Below are positions 1-12,180 of a stretch of DNA of 64,000 nucleotides, piece after piece. The notes under the pieces were generated by a model. It made no database searches. It saw nothing but the letters and a program-made list of their open reading frames with translations, and was not told where the DNA came from. A program made the position numbers and the translations under genes. Every line of letters starts with the position of its first letter. The stretch's first letter is position 1. The stretch is from Azolla caroliniana (Eukaryota > Plantae > Polypodiophyta), in NCBI GenBank assembly GCA_043228905.1, contig JBHGNT010000004.1:186001-250000 (forward strand), written 5' to 3'.

Positions 1-1458
1 TATGTGTCATAGAATCATATTCTATGACACATAACTAATGAGTTACATATTCCCCATGACTATGAGTCTTCACATTCCCCAAGAGAGAGAGTGGTTGTTA
101 TAAAGTTAATGAAGAGAGAGGGTGACTCTATATAAAGCACCCTCCTCGTACTTCATACTAAGTCAGTTGTGACTCATTGTTATGCTACATTTTTCTCTCA
201 CACATATACTCACATAACACACATCTATTCCGCTACACAAGAATCACCATTGATTCTTTACAACGATGATATGGTGAATGTTTCATTCTTAATTTCAATT
301 AAACTTTTGGGACAAAATATTTCCATAAACTATTACTTAACTATATCTTAGTTGCAGCTGGCATAATTGGATTCCTCCTTCATTGGAATTCCCTACCTAA
401 TTTTTATAGAGTAAGCAAAGAAAGAAACCATCTTACCATTAACATCTGTCCACCACCATTTTGCTAGATCCCACTCTAATTCCAATAAGGGTATACAACC
501 ACAAACCCAAATATCCCACAAAGGATTTATATCTTTAGGATGGGTATGGTTAAGTAATAGTATTCGTATGCATTCAGAATTGGTGTTTTGGAAATGGTTG
601 TGGGCTCTCTAGATTCCTTGCAAAATCATTACATTTAGATGGTTATGTGTCAATTATGCACTTCCCGTTTTCGAATGGATTAATATGGATGAGGGAAGCA
701 AAATTTGCTCTTTTGGTGGGTTTCATTTGGAATCAATGCAACATGCATTCTGGAACTATATGGTCCATGTTCTGTTTGGAAACATATGTTGTGCCTCATT
801 GATGTTGCGTATGGAACTAATGTGATTACATGGCGAAACGTCTTTTAGATGGATGTAAATGTAGAGAAGCATAATTATGAAAGAGAAAAAATATTATTTA
901 CCCTTCAAATTAACGGAAGGCAAGTTAAGGATGTACAATATTCAATTTGTCAATAAGTCTTGAGCCAATATGTTTCGGTCAAGGGTTAACTTGGAGGAGG
1001 ATTGTTGGATCAAAAAAAGATCATGAAGCATCAAAAGTTAGAAAGAGATGGAACATAAGTGTGGGGCCACTTTTAGAGAATATTATAATGCAATAAAGAT
1101 TTACTATTGAAATTGGGAATGAGTCATTGAGTGGTAAAGACAAATGAAGAAATATGGAATACATAGTAAAGTGCATATTTGAAGTCAAAGTGTCATATTT
1201 GAATTTTACCTTAGCAATGTTGAAATAAGTGTGGTGACATATACATTTGATTGTACCCCCTTGTACTCTTTATCCAGAATTTTATACAATGTCATCATCA
1301 TTTAAAGAGAGAAAATATTAAATGGCACCACCTCATAGTCCTTTTTCTCATACTTGTCAATGTTCCAAAATAATATGCCTAACCTAGTACCCGTTGAACG
1401 TGATTAACAATTGCATTGTCTTTGAATGGTACATGGTAGGCGAAATGAGGAGACTTTG

Positions 1459-1465
1459 CATGCAT
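1459..1465 (+). promoter_or_regulatory. RY element (CATGCAT) upstream of oleosin
   Basis: The CATGCA motif is the known ABI3/FUS3 B3 site of storage-gene promoters. It is conserved in copy B (~7402). A TATA-like 'ttatataaa' lies at ~1885. Confidence 0.4.
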
Positions 1466-2136
1466 ACCATGTGGTTGTTCGTAATGCCATGGCCCAATGA
1501 GTCGACTTGTGTTGATGAGTTTTCCCACACATTTGAAATTTGAAACCACGTCATTGACATTCGAATTTCATGGAAAGTGTCACTGATCCTTTCTTAGGAA
1601 ATCTCGTCCAAGTTTGGGTGAGAAGGATATAAGGCATATAGATCTTCCGTCCTGCTTAACAATGTGAAGCGATGGACCCATCGAGTTCCGGACGTGTAGA
1701 GATGGGGGGAGAGCAAGCCATGGGGATTGGGAAACCTTCAATGGTTTTGATTTGTGTGGTCATGGTGGAGAATCTGATACGATGCATTTAACTACTACCT
1801 TAAAAGCTTCCTGTTTTTAAGGGGTCTGATGCCAAGTGTTCGGAAAACTACATTCTAGAAAAGAAAAGAGATACGTATGGATTGGTTATATAAACACGTT
1901 AAAAATAAGAAGAAATCATTCATCTCCATCTCCATCTCCATCTCCATCTCCTACATTTCCATCGATCAAAAAGGATATTTTGTTAATCAATAGTCAGTCA
2001 ATGTATGTTGTGTGATTGATTGATGTGTCTCTTGTGGTTTTAGTGATTCTTTTTTTGAAGTTGTGTTTTACAGCACAGGCCAGGGTAGTAATCTGCTGCA
2101 ATTACTTTCGTGCACTCCCCTCTCCTATTAGTTTCC

Positions 2137-2634
2137 ATGGCGGCCCAAGAAGCTCGGGATCAAGCAGGACAGATGGCCGGGAGAGCCCAAGACCAGGCCC
2201 AACAGATGGGCGTTAAAGCACAGGAGATGGGCGGGCAGGCCGGAAAGCAAGCGAAGGGTGTGTTTCAGAAATTGAAGGAAATGATGCCCAAAAGCACTGC
2301 TGGGCGGGTTGCGCTGGTTGCAATAGCTGGTGCCCTCTCCATTGGATCGGCCATCGTCCTCGTCATCCTCTCGCCCGTCCTCCTCTTATTCAGCCCCATC
2401 CTCGTCCCCGTCGGCATCGTGCTCTTCTTGTGCACTGTCGGGATCGTGGCCGCGGGAGGCACGGGCGTTGCCACTCTCTCGGTAGCTGTCTGGCTCTACC
2501 GCTACCTCAAGGGTAGACATCCTCGAGGGTCAGAACAACTCGACCACATCATGGGCCGCGTCCACAAGACCACCGAGCACATGAAGTACAAGGCTCAAGA
2601 TGTGGGCGGACAAATCCCGATGCCAACAGTTTAA
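2137..2634 (+). CDS. Oleosin (lipid-droplet structural protein), 165 aa, no intron in CDS
   Basis: ATG in 'tccATGG' context. Long central hydrophobic stretch with proline knot PVLLLFSPILVP (PX5SPX3P), followed by WLYRYLKGRHPRGSEQLD, a typical oleosin motif. Confidence 0.95.
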   Translation: MAAQEARDQAGQMAGRAQDQAQQMGVKAQEMGGQAGKQAKGVFQKLKEMMPKSTAGRVALVAIAGALSIGSAIVLVILSPVLLLFSPILVPVGIVLFLCTVGIVAAGGTGVATLSVAVWLYRYLKGRHPRGSEQLDHIMGRVHKTTEHMKYKAQDVGGQIPMPTV

Positions 2635-3382
2635 TAAAATTTGTCTCGATGATAACAACTGCATAAATAACCATTGTTTTTAAAGCGTCTTAAGCTCGTA
2701 TCGAAAGAAGAAAAATATTGAAGGACATATTATGAGTTGGGTTAATCCGTGTTTAGATAGTAATTAATATTTATAAGAGGTTCTCGTTAAGGCTTTGTAG
2801 GCTTTGTTCCCTTGCCTTTCTCTCATATTGTTCCAACTTCCAATCATATAAATTTTCTTTCATTTTGTGATAGTTACTCTTGTGCTATAGCTTATTCTTC
2901 ATTAGTAGTTTACAACATATGTTGTCCGCGTCTATAGGTATAGTTTACGATAGTTGACCAATCAGTCAATAGCTATTGTTGTGAATAACTCTTAACTCTA
3001 TGCATATATCCAAGCAACCCGTGGCCAGTTAATGACCCACCCAAGGGAAAATGCAGAGGTCATGCCTCTTTAGGCAGGAATTCCTAAATGGAGAAACCTT
3101 TTTCATTCACATAATAATTTTGGCCAACCCCGAAAAGGTTGTGATCTTAGGATTTTACACTTGAGCTTTTTAAAGTCTTTGGGCCTTAATCACACCATAA
3201 GAAATGGTCTTGGTATATTGGGTGATACTTGTAGTTATGGTGGTGTTTTCGTATTTTTTGGGTGAAGATACGCATTACATTCAATTTCATCTAGTGCACT
3301 AGAATTTAGAGGTCTTGAGCTGAAGAAATTCCTTGGTGGTTCTACATTTATGTGTTTTCGTATTCAAAAATGTGATGGATTA

Positions 3383-3687
3383 ATTGGTTGCTCATAGAAC
3401 TTTCATGTGTGAACTGTCGAGGCCATCTAAACCATTGCTACCATGTGACTTAGATGTCTGCCTTTGTGATCATATTCGACCATGCTTTCCACACATCTTC
3501 GACCAAGGCCAATCCTTGCACAAATTTTTTTTACAACCACAATGCACTCACAATTCCAACATTGATTGGTAAATTTCTCGAACATCGAGAGTCACTACTC
3601 ACTTTCACATGTATAGCACATAAAATATAATATGTGTGGTCTCATAGGTCATATTTGACCTCCATGATGATATAGAATCTCTCTTTT

Positions 3688-3690
<3 letters not shown>
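3383..3690 (+). mobile_element. 5'-truncated RTE/RTEX-like LINE 3' end
   Basis: Similar to the copies at 9428-9860, 33445-34200 (-) and 49265-49705. Ends 'ctcataggtcatatttgacctcc...atagaatctctct' next to (CT)n at ~3691-3727. Confidence 0.7.
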
Positions 3691-3729
<39 letters not shown>

Positions 3730-3730
<1 letters not shown>

Positions 3731-5480
3731 GTGAAAACACAAAATTATATTAATAAATGTGTATAAAAAACACTACTTACAATGGGTGACAATGGAGTAT
3801 AGTCACCCACTAACTACACTACATGTGTAGTGGAACATGTTGAATTGCCAATACGCAATACGAACACTCCACCGAGAAAAGAATTTTCACTTGCTGCAAT
3901 AAAGAAAATTGTCACATTAGTATTCCTCAACTTTCATAGATATGCTTTCACTGCATGTCTACCATCGAATACAAAAGTGTCGCATTTTCCAATTAGGACA
4001 CAACCCCCAATATCTCATAAATAGAAAAACGATCTCCATCTCTAATTTTGGGTCAACTTGTGTAAATTGTGTAAACACCCATTGTCTAGGTGTGAAATAA
4101 CACCATGATAAAACTTGCCAAATTTGAGAAATGTAACTCCAAATCTAACGAGCAATCGAAAATTGTATAAATCGATCAAGATTATCTTCCATTTGAACAG
4201 TGCAAAAAAAGCAATTACTCGTAGCTAGTCCACTACGCTTCAGAGCTAATCCCAAAGGCAATCCTCCAATCAAAACTCTTCAAATGAAGACCTTTGCTAC
4301 AAGTGGCAATTTAGAATGCCAACTACGTTGTAAGATCTGCCACCACCCATGATCAGATTTGTGTAATCTCCATTCTTCTTCAGCCTTAGATGATAACCAT
4401 CCAAGAGACTCAACAAAGCAATGATACAAAAGAATAGTAGTCATTTGTAACGACGACGTTTGTGACTTTAAACATCAATCAATCCACGATTATTCTCCTG
4501 TTTGTGAGGTAAAGGACCTTGCATCAATGGAATATTTTGTAGTTGTTGTCAAATAAACCCATAATTAGGCAAAATGCGTAATAATTGTCGCGCTTTAACA
4601 AACTCCAAAATTCTTTGAGATAGAACCTTAACTATATCTCCCACCTCTTTGACCACCAAACGAAACAAATGATTAAATTGAGAGTGCAATCTCTCCTTTC
4701 TTGGCGAACATAATAACCGAGAAGACACAAGCAACTCTTTTTGCAAAGAATTACAATGCTCTCTACTAGATGATGGTTTCCATACACATAACAAGAGTGG
4801 TTCTTGCCATAAGGTAACCAACTGTTGAACACATGTAGAGCCCGGAATGGGTTAATAGGGCCTCCTTCATGAACGGATCTTGTGAGGGCAATATTTGATG
4901 TAACTCCCCCATTAAGCATTACTCAAGACCCCCCATCTTGTCCTAATAAAAATATGAGGCGAGACATACGAGGTCTAAAGCCCATTGTATGCATTAACCC
5001 AGAAACAAACGACCAATTAACATGATCATCAGCTTTCTCCAAATCTAATTGCACCATAATCAATTCTTGATGAGTGTTTCGAGAATAATCCATGGCCATT
5101 TGAACATTCAACATATTATGCAATATATTCCTACCTGCAATAAAACCATATTGGGTGGACTGTATCAACTTTGGCAAATACTTTTGTAATCTATTTGCCA
5201 ATACCTTTATAAATATCTTATACAACCTCCCCATCAAAGAAATAAGTCTCCATGGATGAATTGACTCTAGAGATGCCACCTTTGGAACTAATTTAATTAG
5301 ACCAACCTTCCAAGCTTGAGGCATACGACCAGAATCCCAAGAATGTTGCAAAATTAGAGTTAAGGGCCCCTTTAAAATGTTCGAATATTGCTCAAAAACT
5401 TCATTTGTCAAACCATCCCAAACTAGGAAGATGCCTTAAAACTGTGTCCACATCATCCTGAGTGAAATCCGCATCCAATT
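3730..5480 (-). mobile_element. Degenerate L1-like LINE, ORF2 reverse transcriptase region
   Basis: ORF 4923-5411 has RT motifs WKVGLIKLVPK, LISL...YKI..KVLANRL, QYGFIAGRNI and LDLEKA.DHVNWSF. Downstream frames are broken by stops and frameshifts. Confidence 0.9.
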
Positions 5481-6896
5481 CATGACTAATGAGGTCATGC
5501 ACAATACATCCAACTACATAATAAAACTCATGACATGCTCTACTCACCTCATTTGTCATTTACATTTGTGGGCCAATTAACTCCTTAAAGTAATGAACAC
5601 ATATGTCAATTATTGTAGTAGGATCCACTATCCATTTATCCCCTTGCTTCACATGTACCACATTAGATCAAGTATAAGTAAGATGTAACACTTGGAAAAA
5701 CAAATGAGATTGACATTGATTATCTATGAGCCCGTCCCTTAATTGTCGCATCTTCGCATAATGATAACTTTGGCATTGCAACTGAAAAATAATAACATGC
5801 TATTGACTTTGGATATCCAAAAGCTCCTCATCTTATGGTGCATGTATCAATAATGCATTACACTTAGAGAGAACTTGTGAGAACTCGTTTCATTCCATCT
5901 TTTCTCCTTCATCTCTATCTCCATGCTCTTGTGTCGTTCCTAGTTTCTTAAGTTCCACACTCATAGCCCCATCATCCATGTTATGTCGTCACCCACGCTT
6001 GGTGTGTCCATGACAGTTTGAATCCCCTCAAAGGGACCATAGAAGTTACAAGTATTTATGCACGTTCCGAGATTCAATATCTTTAGAATATACTCGAGAA
6101 AGATAGGTAGAATATACCATGCAATACTTCTAGAATATACTAATGACTAGAATATGTATTCTGATTCCGAAATGTACTATATATTAGACTATAGAATACT
6201 AAACTATTATATACAAATGCATGCTCATATCAAAATTGTTGAGCATGACATCTTGTTGATGTGAGGTTATAGGTTCAATCCTCACCAACTATGTATTTGA
6301 TGTCAGTGTGTCGTGATAGTTTCCTCCATAGGTGGAGTTTGTTTTACCTTATGACATACAGGGGCTCTACTTTTTTCTCTGCTATCTTACCCTTCACTAG
6401 ACTCTATCATTATATGCTTTATATACACTTATTGGATTGGTAATGGAAACTACGGTGTTGTTCTGGAATATATATATATATATCGATAACCTGGAGTAAC
6501 AAAAAGCTTGTGTAACTTAGCATGAGATGATCCAGAACTTTACTTTAAAGTAAAACAATGTTTGGGATATATTCCTTCGAAGATCTTTCCAATGATATGT
6601 CCCATGATGCACTTTTAACAAAGTCATCATAGGACTTACTCGATTCTTATGATTAGTTCAAACTTCAAAGATTACCCAAAACAACAATACTCCCAATTTA
6701 TTGAAAAACAACTAAATATAGTATCGTCTAGTCGAAGAACATATTGGAAGCCACACCACCTTGCTTCTTTATCATATTTGAAACATGGTGGCAGTTTATG
6801 AGTTTGAACAAATGCAAAGTTGATGGACTAATGCAAATGCTAAGGTAGTTATGTGAGGGCTTTTGCTATTCCAAAAAACATTCTTTCATAACATAG

Positions 6897-9505
6897 TTTG
6901 TCAATAAGTCTTGAGCCAATATGTTTCGGTCAAGGGTTAACCTTGAGGAGGATTGTTGAATGAAAAAAAGATCATTCAAAAGTTAGAAAGAGATGGAACA
7001 CAAATGTCGGGCCATTTTTAGAGAATATTATAATGCAATAAAGATTTACTATTGAAGTTGGGAATGAGTCATTTAGTGGTAAAGACAAATGAAGAAATAT
7101 GGAATATGTACATAGTAAAGTGCATATTTGAAGTCAAAGTGTCATATTTGAATCTTACCTTAATAATGTTAAAATAATTGTCGTGACATATACATTTGAT
7201 TGTACCAACTTGCACTCTTTTTTCGGGATTTTATACAATATCATCATCATTCCAAGAGAGAAAATAAATGGCACCACCTCGTAGTCCTTTTTATCATACT
7301 CAATGTTCCGAAATAATGTGTCTGACCTTGTACCCGCTGAACATTAATAACAATTGCATTGTATTTGAATGGTACATGGTAGGCAAAATGAGGAGACTTT
7401 GCATGCATACCATGTGGTTGTTCGTAATGCCATGGTTCAATGAGTCAGCTTGTGTTGATGAGTTTTCCCAAACCATGTCATTGACATTCAAATTTCATGG
7501 AAAGTGCCAATGATCCTTTCTTAGGAAATCTCGTCGAAGTTTGGGTCAGAAGGATATAACGCATATAGATATTCCGCCCTGCTTAACAATGTGAATCGAT
7601 GGGTTCGTCAAGTTCTGGATGTGTAGAGATGTGGGGAGAGCAAGCCATGGGGATTGGGAAACCTTCAATGGTTTTGATTTGTGTGGTCATGGGGGAGAAT
7701 CTGATATGATGTCTTTAACTACTACCTTAAAAGCTTCCTGTTTTTAAGGGGTCTGATGCCAAGTGTTCGGAAAACCACATTCTAGAAAAGAAAAAAGACG
7801 TATGGATTGGTTATATAAACACGTTAAAAAATCAGAAGAAATCATTCATCTGCATCTCCATCGCCATCTCCTACATTTCCATCGATCAACAAGGATATTT
7901 TGCTGATCAATAGTCCAGTCAATGTATGTTGTGTGATTGATTGATGTGTCTCGTGTGGTTTTAGTGATTCTTTTTTTGAAGTTGTGTTTTACAGCACGGC
8001 CAGGGTAGTAATCTGCTGGTATTACTTTCGTGCACTCCCCTCTCCTATAAGTTTCCATGGCGGCCCAAGAAGCTCGGGATCAAGCAGGACAGATGGCCGG
8101 GAGAGCCCAGGACCAGGCCCAACATATGGGCGCTAAAGCACAGGAGATGGGTGGGCAGGCCGGAAAGCAAGCGAAGGGCGTGTTTCAGAAATTGAAGGAA
8201 ATGATGCCCAAAAGCACTGCTGGGCGGGTTGCACTGGTTGCAATAGCCGGTGCCCTCGCCATTGGATCGGCCATCATCCTCGTCATCCTCTCGCCCGTCC
8301 TCCTCTTCTTCAGCCCCATCCTTGTCCCCGTTGGCATCGTGCTCTTCTTGTGCACTGCTGGGATCGTGGTCGCGGGGGGCACGGGCGTGGCCACTCTCTC
8401 GGTCGCCGTCTGGCTCTACCGCTACCTCAAGGGTAGACATCCTTGAGGGTCAGAACAGCTAGACCACGTCATGGGCCGCGTCCACGAGACGGCCGAGCAC
8501 ATGAAGGTCAAGGCTCACGACGTGGCCGGACAAATCCCGATGCCGACAGTAGCGTAAAATTTTGTCCCCATGACAACAGTTGCATACATATATAAATAAC
8601 CATTGTTTTTTAAACGTCTTAAGCTCGGGTCCAAATGAAGCAAAATATTGAAGGGACATATTATTAGTTGGGTTCATCCTTGTTTGGATAGTAATTAATA
8701 TTTTAAGAGTTTATTTTAAGGCTTTGCTCCCGTCCCTTGCCTTTCTCTCATATGCTTTCTATCATTTAAATTTTGTTTGCCATTTTCTACAAAATGTGAT
8801 GGTCATTGGTAAAGTCTCTAGCAAATCATGGTATACCTTTTGCCGTCTTGCCTTTTTTTAAGATATTTGGATCATGAAATATTCTTCATTAGTAATTTAA
8901 TTTGCTTGCACCATATGGTGTCCGTCTATACATATAGCCGACCAATCAGTTAATAACCATAGTTGTGGATATCTCTCTTAACTCTCTACATATATCCAAC
9001 CAAACTGTTAATGGTCGGTTGCTCTACCACCCCAAGTACCCAAGGGAAAATGTAGGGCTCTTGCGATCATGTCGATGGGAAAGATATGGGACTATCGGAA
9101 AGATATGGGAAAGAATTTTTGGACGTAGACATGCATTACATTCAATTCCATCTAGTGCACTAGAATTTAGAGTGAAAGGAATTCATGGGTTGTTCCACAT
9201 TTGTGTGTTTTGTATTCTATATGGACACTAATATAGAATTAATTGATGAAAAGATGAAAGAACTTTGTGATTATTGATTGTTATGTGATTTCTTCTCATG
9301 CAATAATACAATAAGGGCAATTATAATGCATGGTCAAGAGAGGTTTCCACGATTGTTATTAGAATGCCAAACACATACACTAATATAATTGAAAGATAAC
9401 TAGAACAATAGAGCTGAAAAATGTAAGTAATTGGTTGCTCAGAGAACTCTCATGTGTGAACTCTGAAGGCCATCCGAACCATTGCTTCCATGTGACTTAG
9501 ATCTC
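6897..9505 (+). repeat. Tandem segmental duplication, copy B
   Basis: Co-linear near-identity to ~946-3460 with scattered indels. Confidence 0.9.
8057..8557 (+). pseudogene. Oleosin paralog with premature stop (TGA 8444-8446); truncated 129-aa ORF or pseudogene
   Basis: Copy A reads CAT CCT CGA GGG, copy B reads CAT CCT TGA GGG. The frame after the stop stays open (GSEQLDHVMGRVHETAEHMKVKAHDVAGQIPMPTVA) to TAA at 8555-8557. Confidence 0.8.
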
Positions 9506-9860
9506 ACACTTAGGATATGAGGTATGGTGTTGGGTCACAAGTGATGTGACGAACTTGACTATGCATACTTTGCCCTAAATAAGTTCAAGAGTCTTGATCA
9601 ATATCACACTTTGATACAATGGTGATCACATTCAAGTATGCTTTCTACTCATCTTCGACCACAATCACATAAAGTTCTTGAGCATCAATAGTCGTTATTC
9701 ATCTTCACACATATCACACTTTGATACAATGGTGATCACATTCAAGTATGCTTTACACTCATCTTCAACCACAATCACATAAACGTCTTGAGGATCAATA
9801 ATCACTATTCATCTTCACACATATTACGTGAAAATGTTATGTTTTTTTATAGGTCATATT
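9428..9860 (+). mobile_element. RTE/RTEX-like LINE 3' fragment with an internal 110-bp tandem duplication (9601-9825)
   Basis: Matches the 49265-49705 copy. 'atatcacactttgatacaatggtgatcacattcaagtatgc' occurs at 9601 and 9711. Confidence 0.7.
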
Positions 9861-9879
9861 TTTATTTTATTTTTTTCTA

Positions 9880-10590
9880 AAAAAACATTTCTACTTCCAT
9901 TAGTTAAGAAAAAGTACATAGGACAATATACAACTCATATGTTACTAACCACTTCGTATGGCTACAAGAAAACATGTATAAATGAAGCAACAAAGCCTCA
10001 ACACAAAATTACTCGAGAGAATCCCCACAACAGCCTCACACAACCTACATTCAACAAAGACGCCCTCCAATCTCTTCACAATTCAGCACCCACCTCTATG
10101 TTTGGTACCCTTGGAGGAAACAGCCACCAGGGTAGGTGATAAATCCACATTGCATTGCCATCCACCATCTGCATCGAAGAACCTCTCCATTTAAGAAGGG
10201 AGCGGTATCTAGCTTCTTCACTCGCATCAGAGGGCCCTTTGAGGTTGTCAAACTTTCCTTGTAACATAGAAATCAGATTAAACCAAATCATCATTAAACT
10301 CTCAGTCGATGGGGTTCGCTTCCCGATAAATGACTCCTTAGACCTAGATACCCACACTTGTCAAACAGTAAGGCCAGCCACTAAAAACCAAATATCTACG
10401 TACCGTTCTTGTATGTAGAATGAACCTCCTTGGCTGTAGGTTGTACAATTCCATTCACCACCTTTTAAGAAGGACTATTTCCATTCCACCCACAAAACCA
10501 TGCAGCCGATTTAGTAGCTAACCAAACAACTGCGGCACTTGATACCTAGACTTCAACCCCAAAGGCAATCGATAAATATGGGAAGGGAAT
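9880..10590 (-). mobile_element. Degenerate L1-like LINE 3' fragment
   Basis: Minus-strand remnants (MIWFNLISMLQGKFDNLKG) resemble the LINE C-terminus at 62546-63031 (EIWSEIVATLKSQYDGLKG). It ends in an A-rich tract. Confidence 0.6.
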
Positions 10591-10594
10591 AAAG

Positions 10595-10633
<39 letters not shown>

Positions 10634-10839
10634 TGACAAGACTAGTTACATGACTCTTAACTTTTAACCTTAAGAAGTTCAAGAGTTTGAGTATCACAAT
10701 TCAATTGTGTTTGAGTTGTGGTAACATAACATTTATGAGCAATTCAATTATCTATACATTGTAAGAACCTATATGAGCAATCAAATGTTGAAAAGGTTGT
10801 GTTATGGATCTCTTTCATATATGTCATTATTCTTTATTA

Positions 10840-12180
10840 TCGAGGATAAACGTATAGGGTTTAATAAAATTGGCCTCTCCAAAAGTAAGAGATCTTCAAG
10901 GTATAAGGCTGAAATGCCCAAATGAATGGGAAAGAAAGCATGCACATGGATACGTGATATGTTTAATATGTTTAATCATGCATTATAAAATGGCACTCCT
11001 TATGGTTGGAGTGCAAATTGAATAAAACCTTTGCATAAGGGTGAAGATGTAAATTATATAAACAATTATTAGACAATCATGGCTGCCCAATTCTAGGAAA
11101 ACTATTCATATATATAACAAAATCCAAGATTAAGTGCATAAATTGAAAAAAAAAATGTAGAGTGCTTACTGACAAGTTAGCTTTCAAAAACACCATAGCA
11201 TCATTTATCACCTTGTCACCCTTGACATGTTATTCGAAAAATTTCATTCAAGATGTAATAGTTTATAGCATTGTTTTTTTACTTTACTGTAATAATTGTG
11301 GTGCACCTCATGGGCATCATTGGAGGCACATGGAAGAACATGAGGTACCATAGTTGTTAAAAAACGCGCATTCTACATTTAGAATACGCGTACCAAAGAA
11401 CAATGTGAGGTACCAAAATGAGTCTGCATATGCTTGCAATTTCTTGAAACAATGAGAAGGCTAAATGTCATGTGTGTATGTGATGAAATTTTTTATTGCA
11501 TAGATGCCCATAATCACCAACTCTATTTGGTCTATGCATTGAAGAAATTGCATTGGAAATGTAATCATCATACTTTTGTTTGCAAATACTTAGAAAATGC
11601 ATTGAATCTAATAAGGGCATTGGAGAAGTTTTGTATGCATTGGCATAAATAAATTTCAAGCTAGTAAATGAAGAATGCATTGAAGAAATTGCGTTGGGAA
11701 TCTAATCATCATGCTTTTGTTGTACGTAGATGATGTGGTGTGTTTTGCAAAACTTTAGAAAATGCATTAAAATTTATGATGGCATTGGAGGACTTTTGTA
11801 TGCATTCAAAGTTTTGTGTTACTAGTCTAAAATGAAGACTATGTTTGTAAAGAGCCAAAGTAAGGATAAACCATGTATGAGATTAATAAACTTGAAATTG
11901 TGTAATGTTTTAAATGCCTTGACCTTGAGGTTCTCTCAAATCATAGATAGTATGGTCAAGGTGTCCTTGTTTGTCCGAACTGGGACACATATAAAATGAA
12001 TATGCTACCCACTTGTTAAAGGCATGAAATATCCCTTATTATGCATTTGACAATATAGAAAATTGTGAAGAAATAAAATGTAAGGTCAATGTATAGATTG
12101 GCTACTAGACAGAAACCATTATGGTTTTTGTCTAGTAGGTCATATTTGATCTCGGACAACAATAATAAACTCTATCTATA
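10840..12180 (+). mobile_element. Degenerate RTE/RTEX-like LINE with RT remnants
   Basis: Reads IKPLHKGEDVNYINNY*TIM at ~11022 and IMLLLYVDDVV (YADD box) at ~11708. Ends in the family 3' motif 'taggtcatatttgatctc...ctctatcta'. Confidence 0.7.

Larger units (their letters stand above)
946..3460 (+). repeat. Tandem segmental duplication, copy A (oleosin gene plus ~1.2 kb upstream and 3' flank)
   Basis: Sequence from 'tttgtcaataagtcttgagccaatatgtttcggtcaagggttaac' onward recurs co-linearly from ~6897. The right boundary is approximate. Confidence 0.9.

Noticed and set aside
2074-2131. 5'UTR micro-exon and second intron before the oleosin ATG
   Set aside because: The implied intron would be only ~46 nt, too short to support without transcript data.
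8045-8440. Antisense and alternative-frame ORFs over the oleosins, RLK and MPH1
   Set aside because: They are shadows of GC-rich coding sequence with no recognisable domains.
8444-8446. U-to-C RNA editing or programmed readthrough restoring Arg
   Set aside because: Reverse editing in ferns and hornworts is documented for organellar transcripts, whereas this is a nuclear gene. The TGA-GGG context is not a known leaky one.
9601-9825. CRISPR-like or other spacer-containing array
   Set aside because: It is a simple two-copy tandem duplication without spacers, in eukaryotic DNA.
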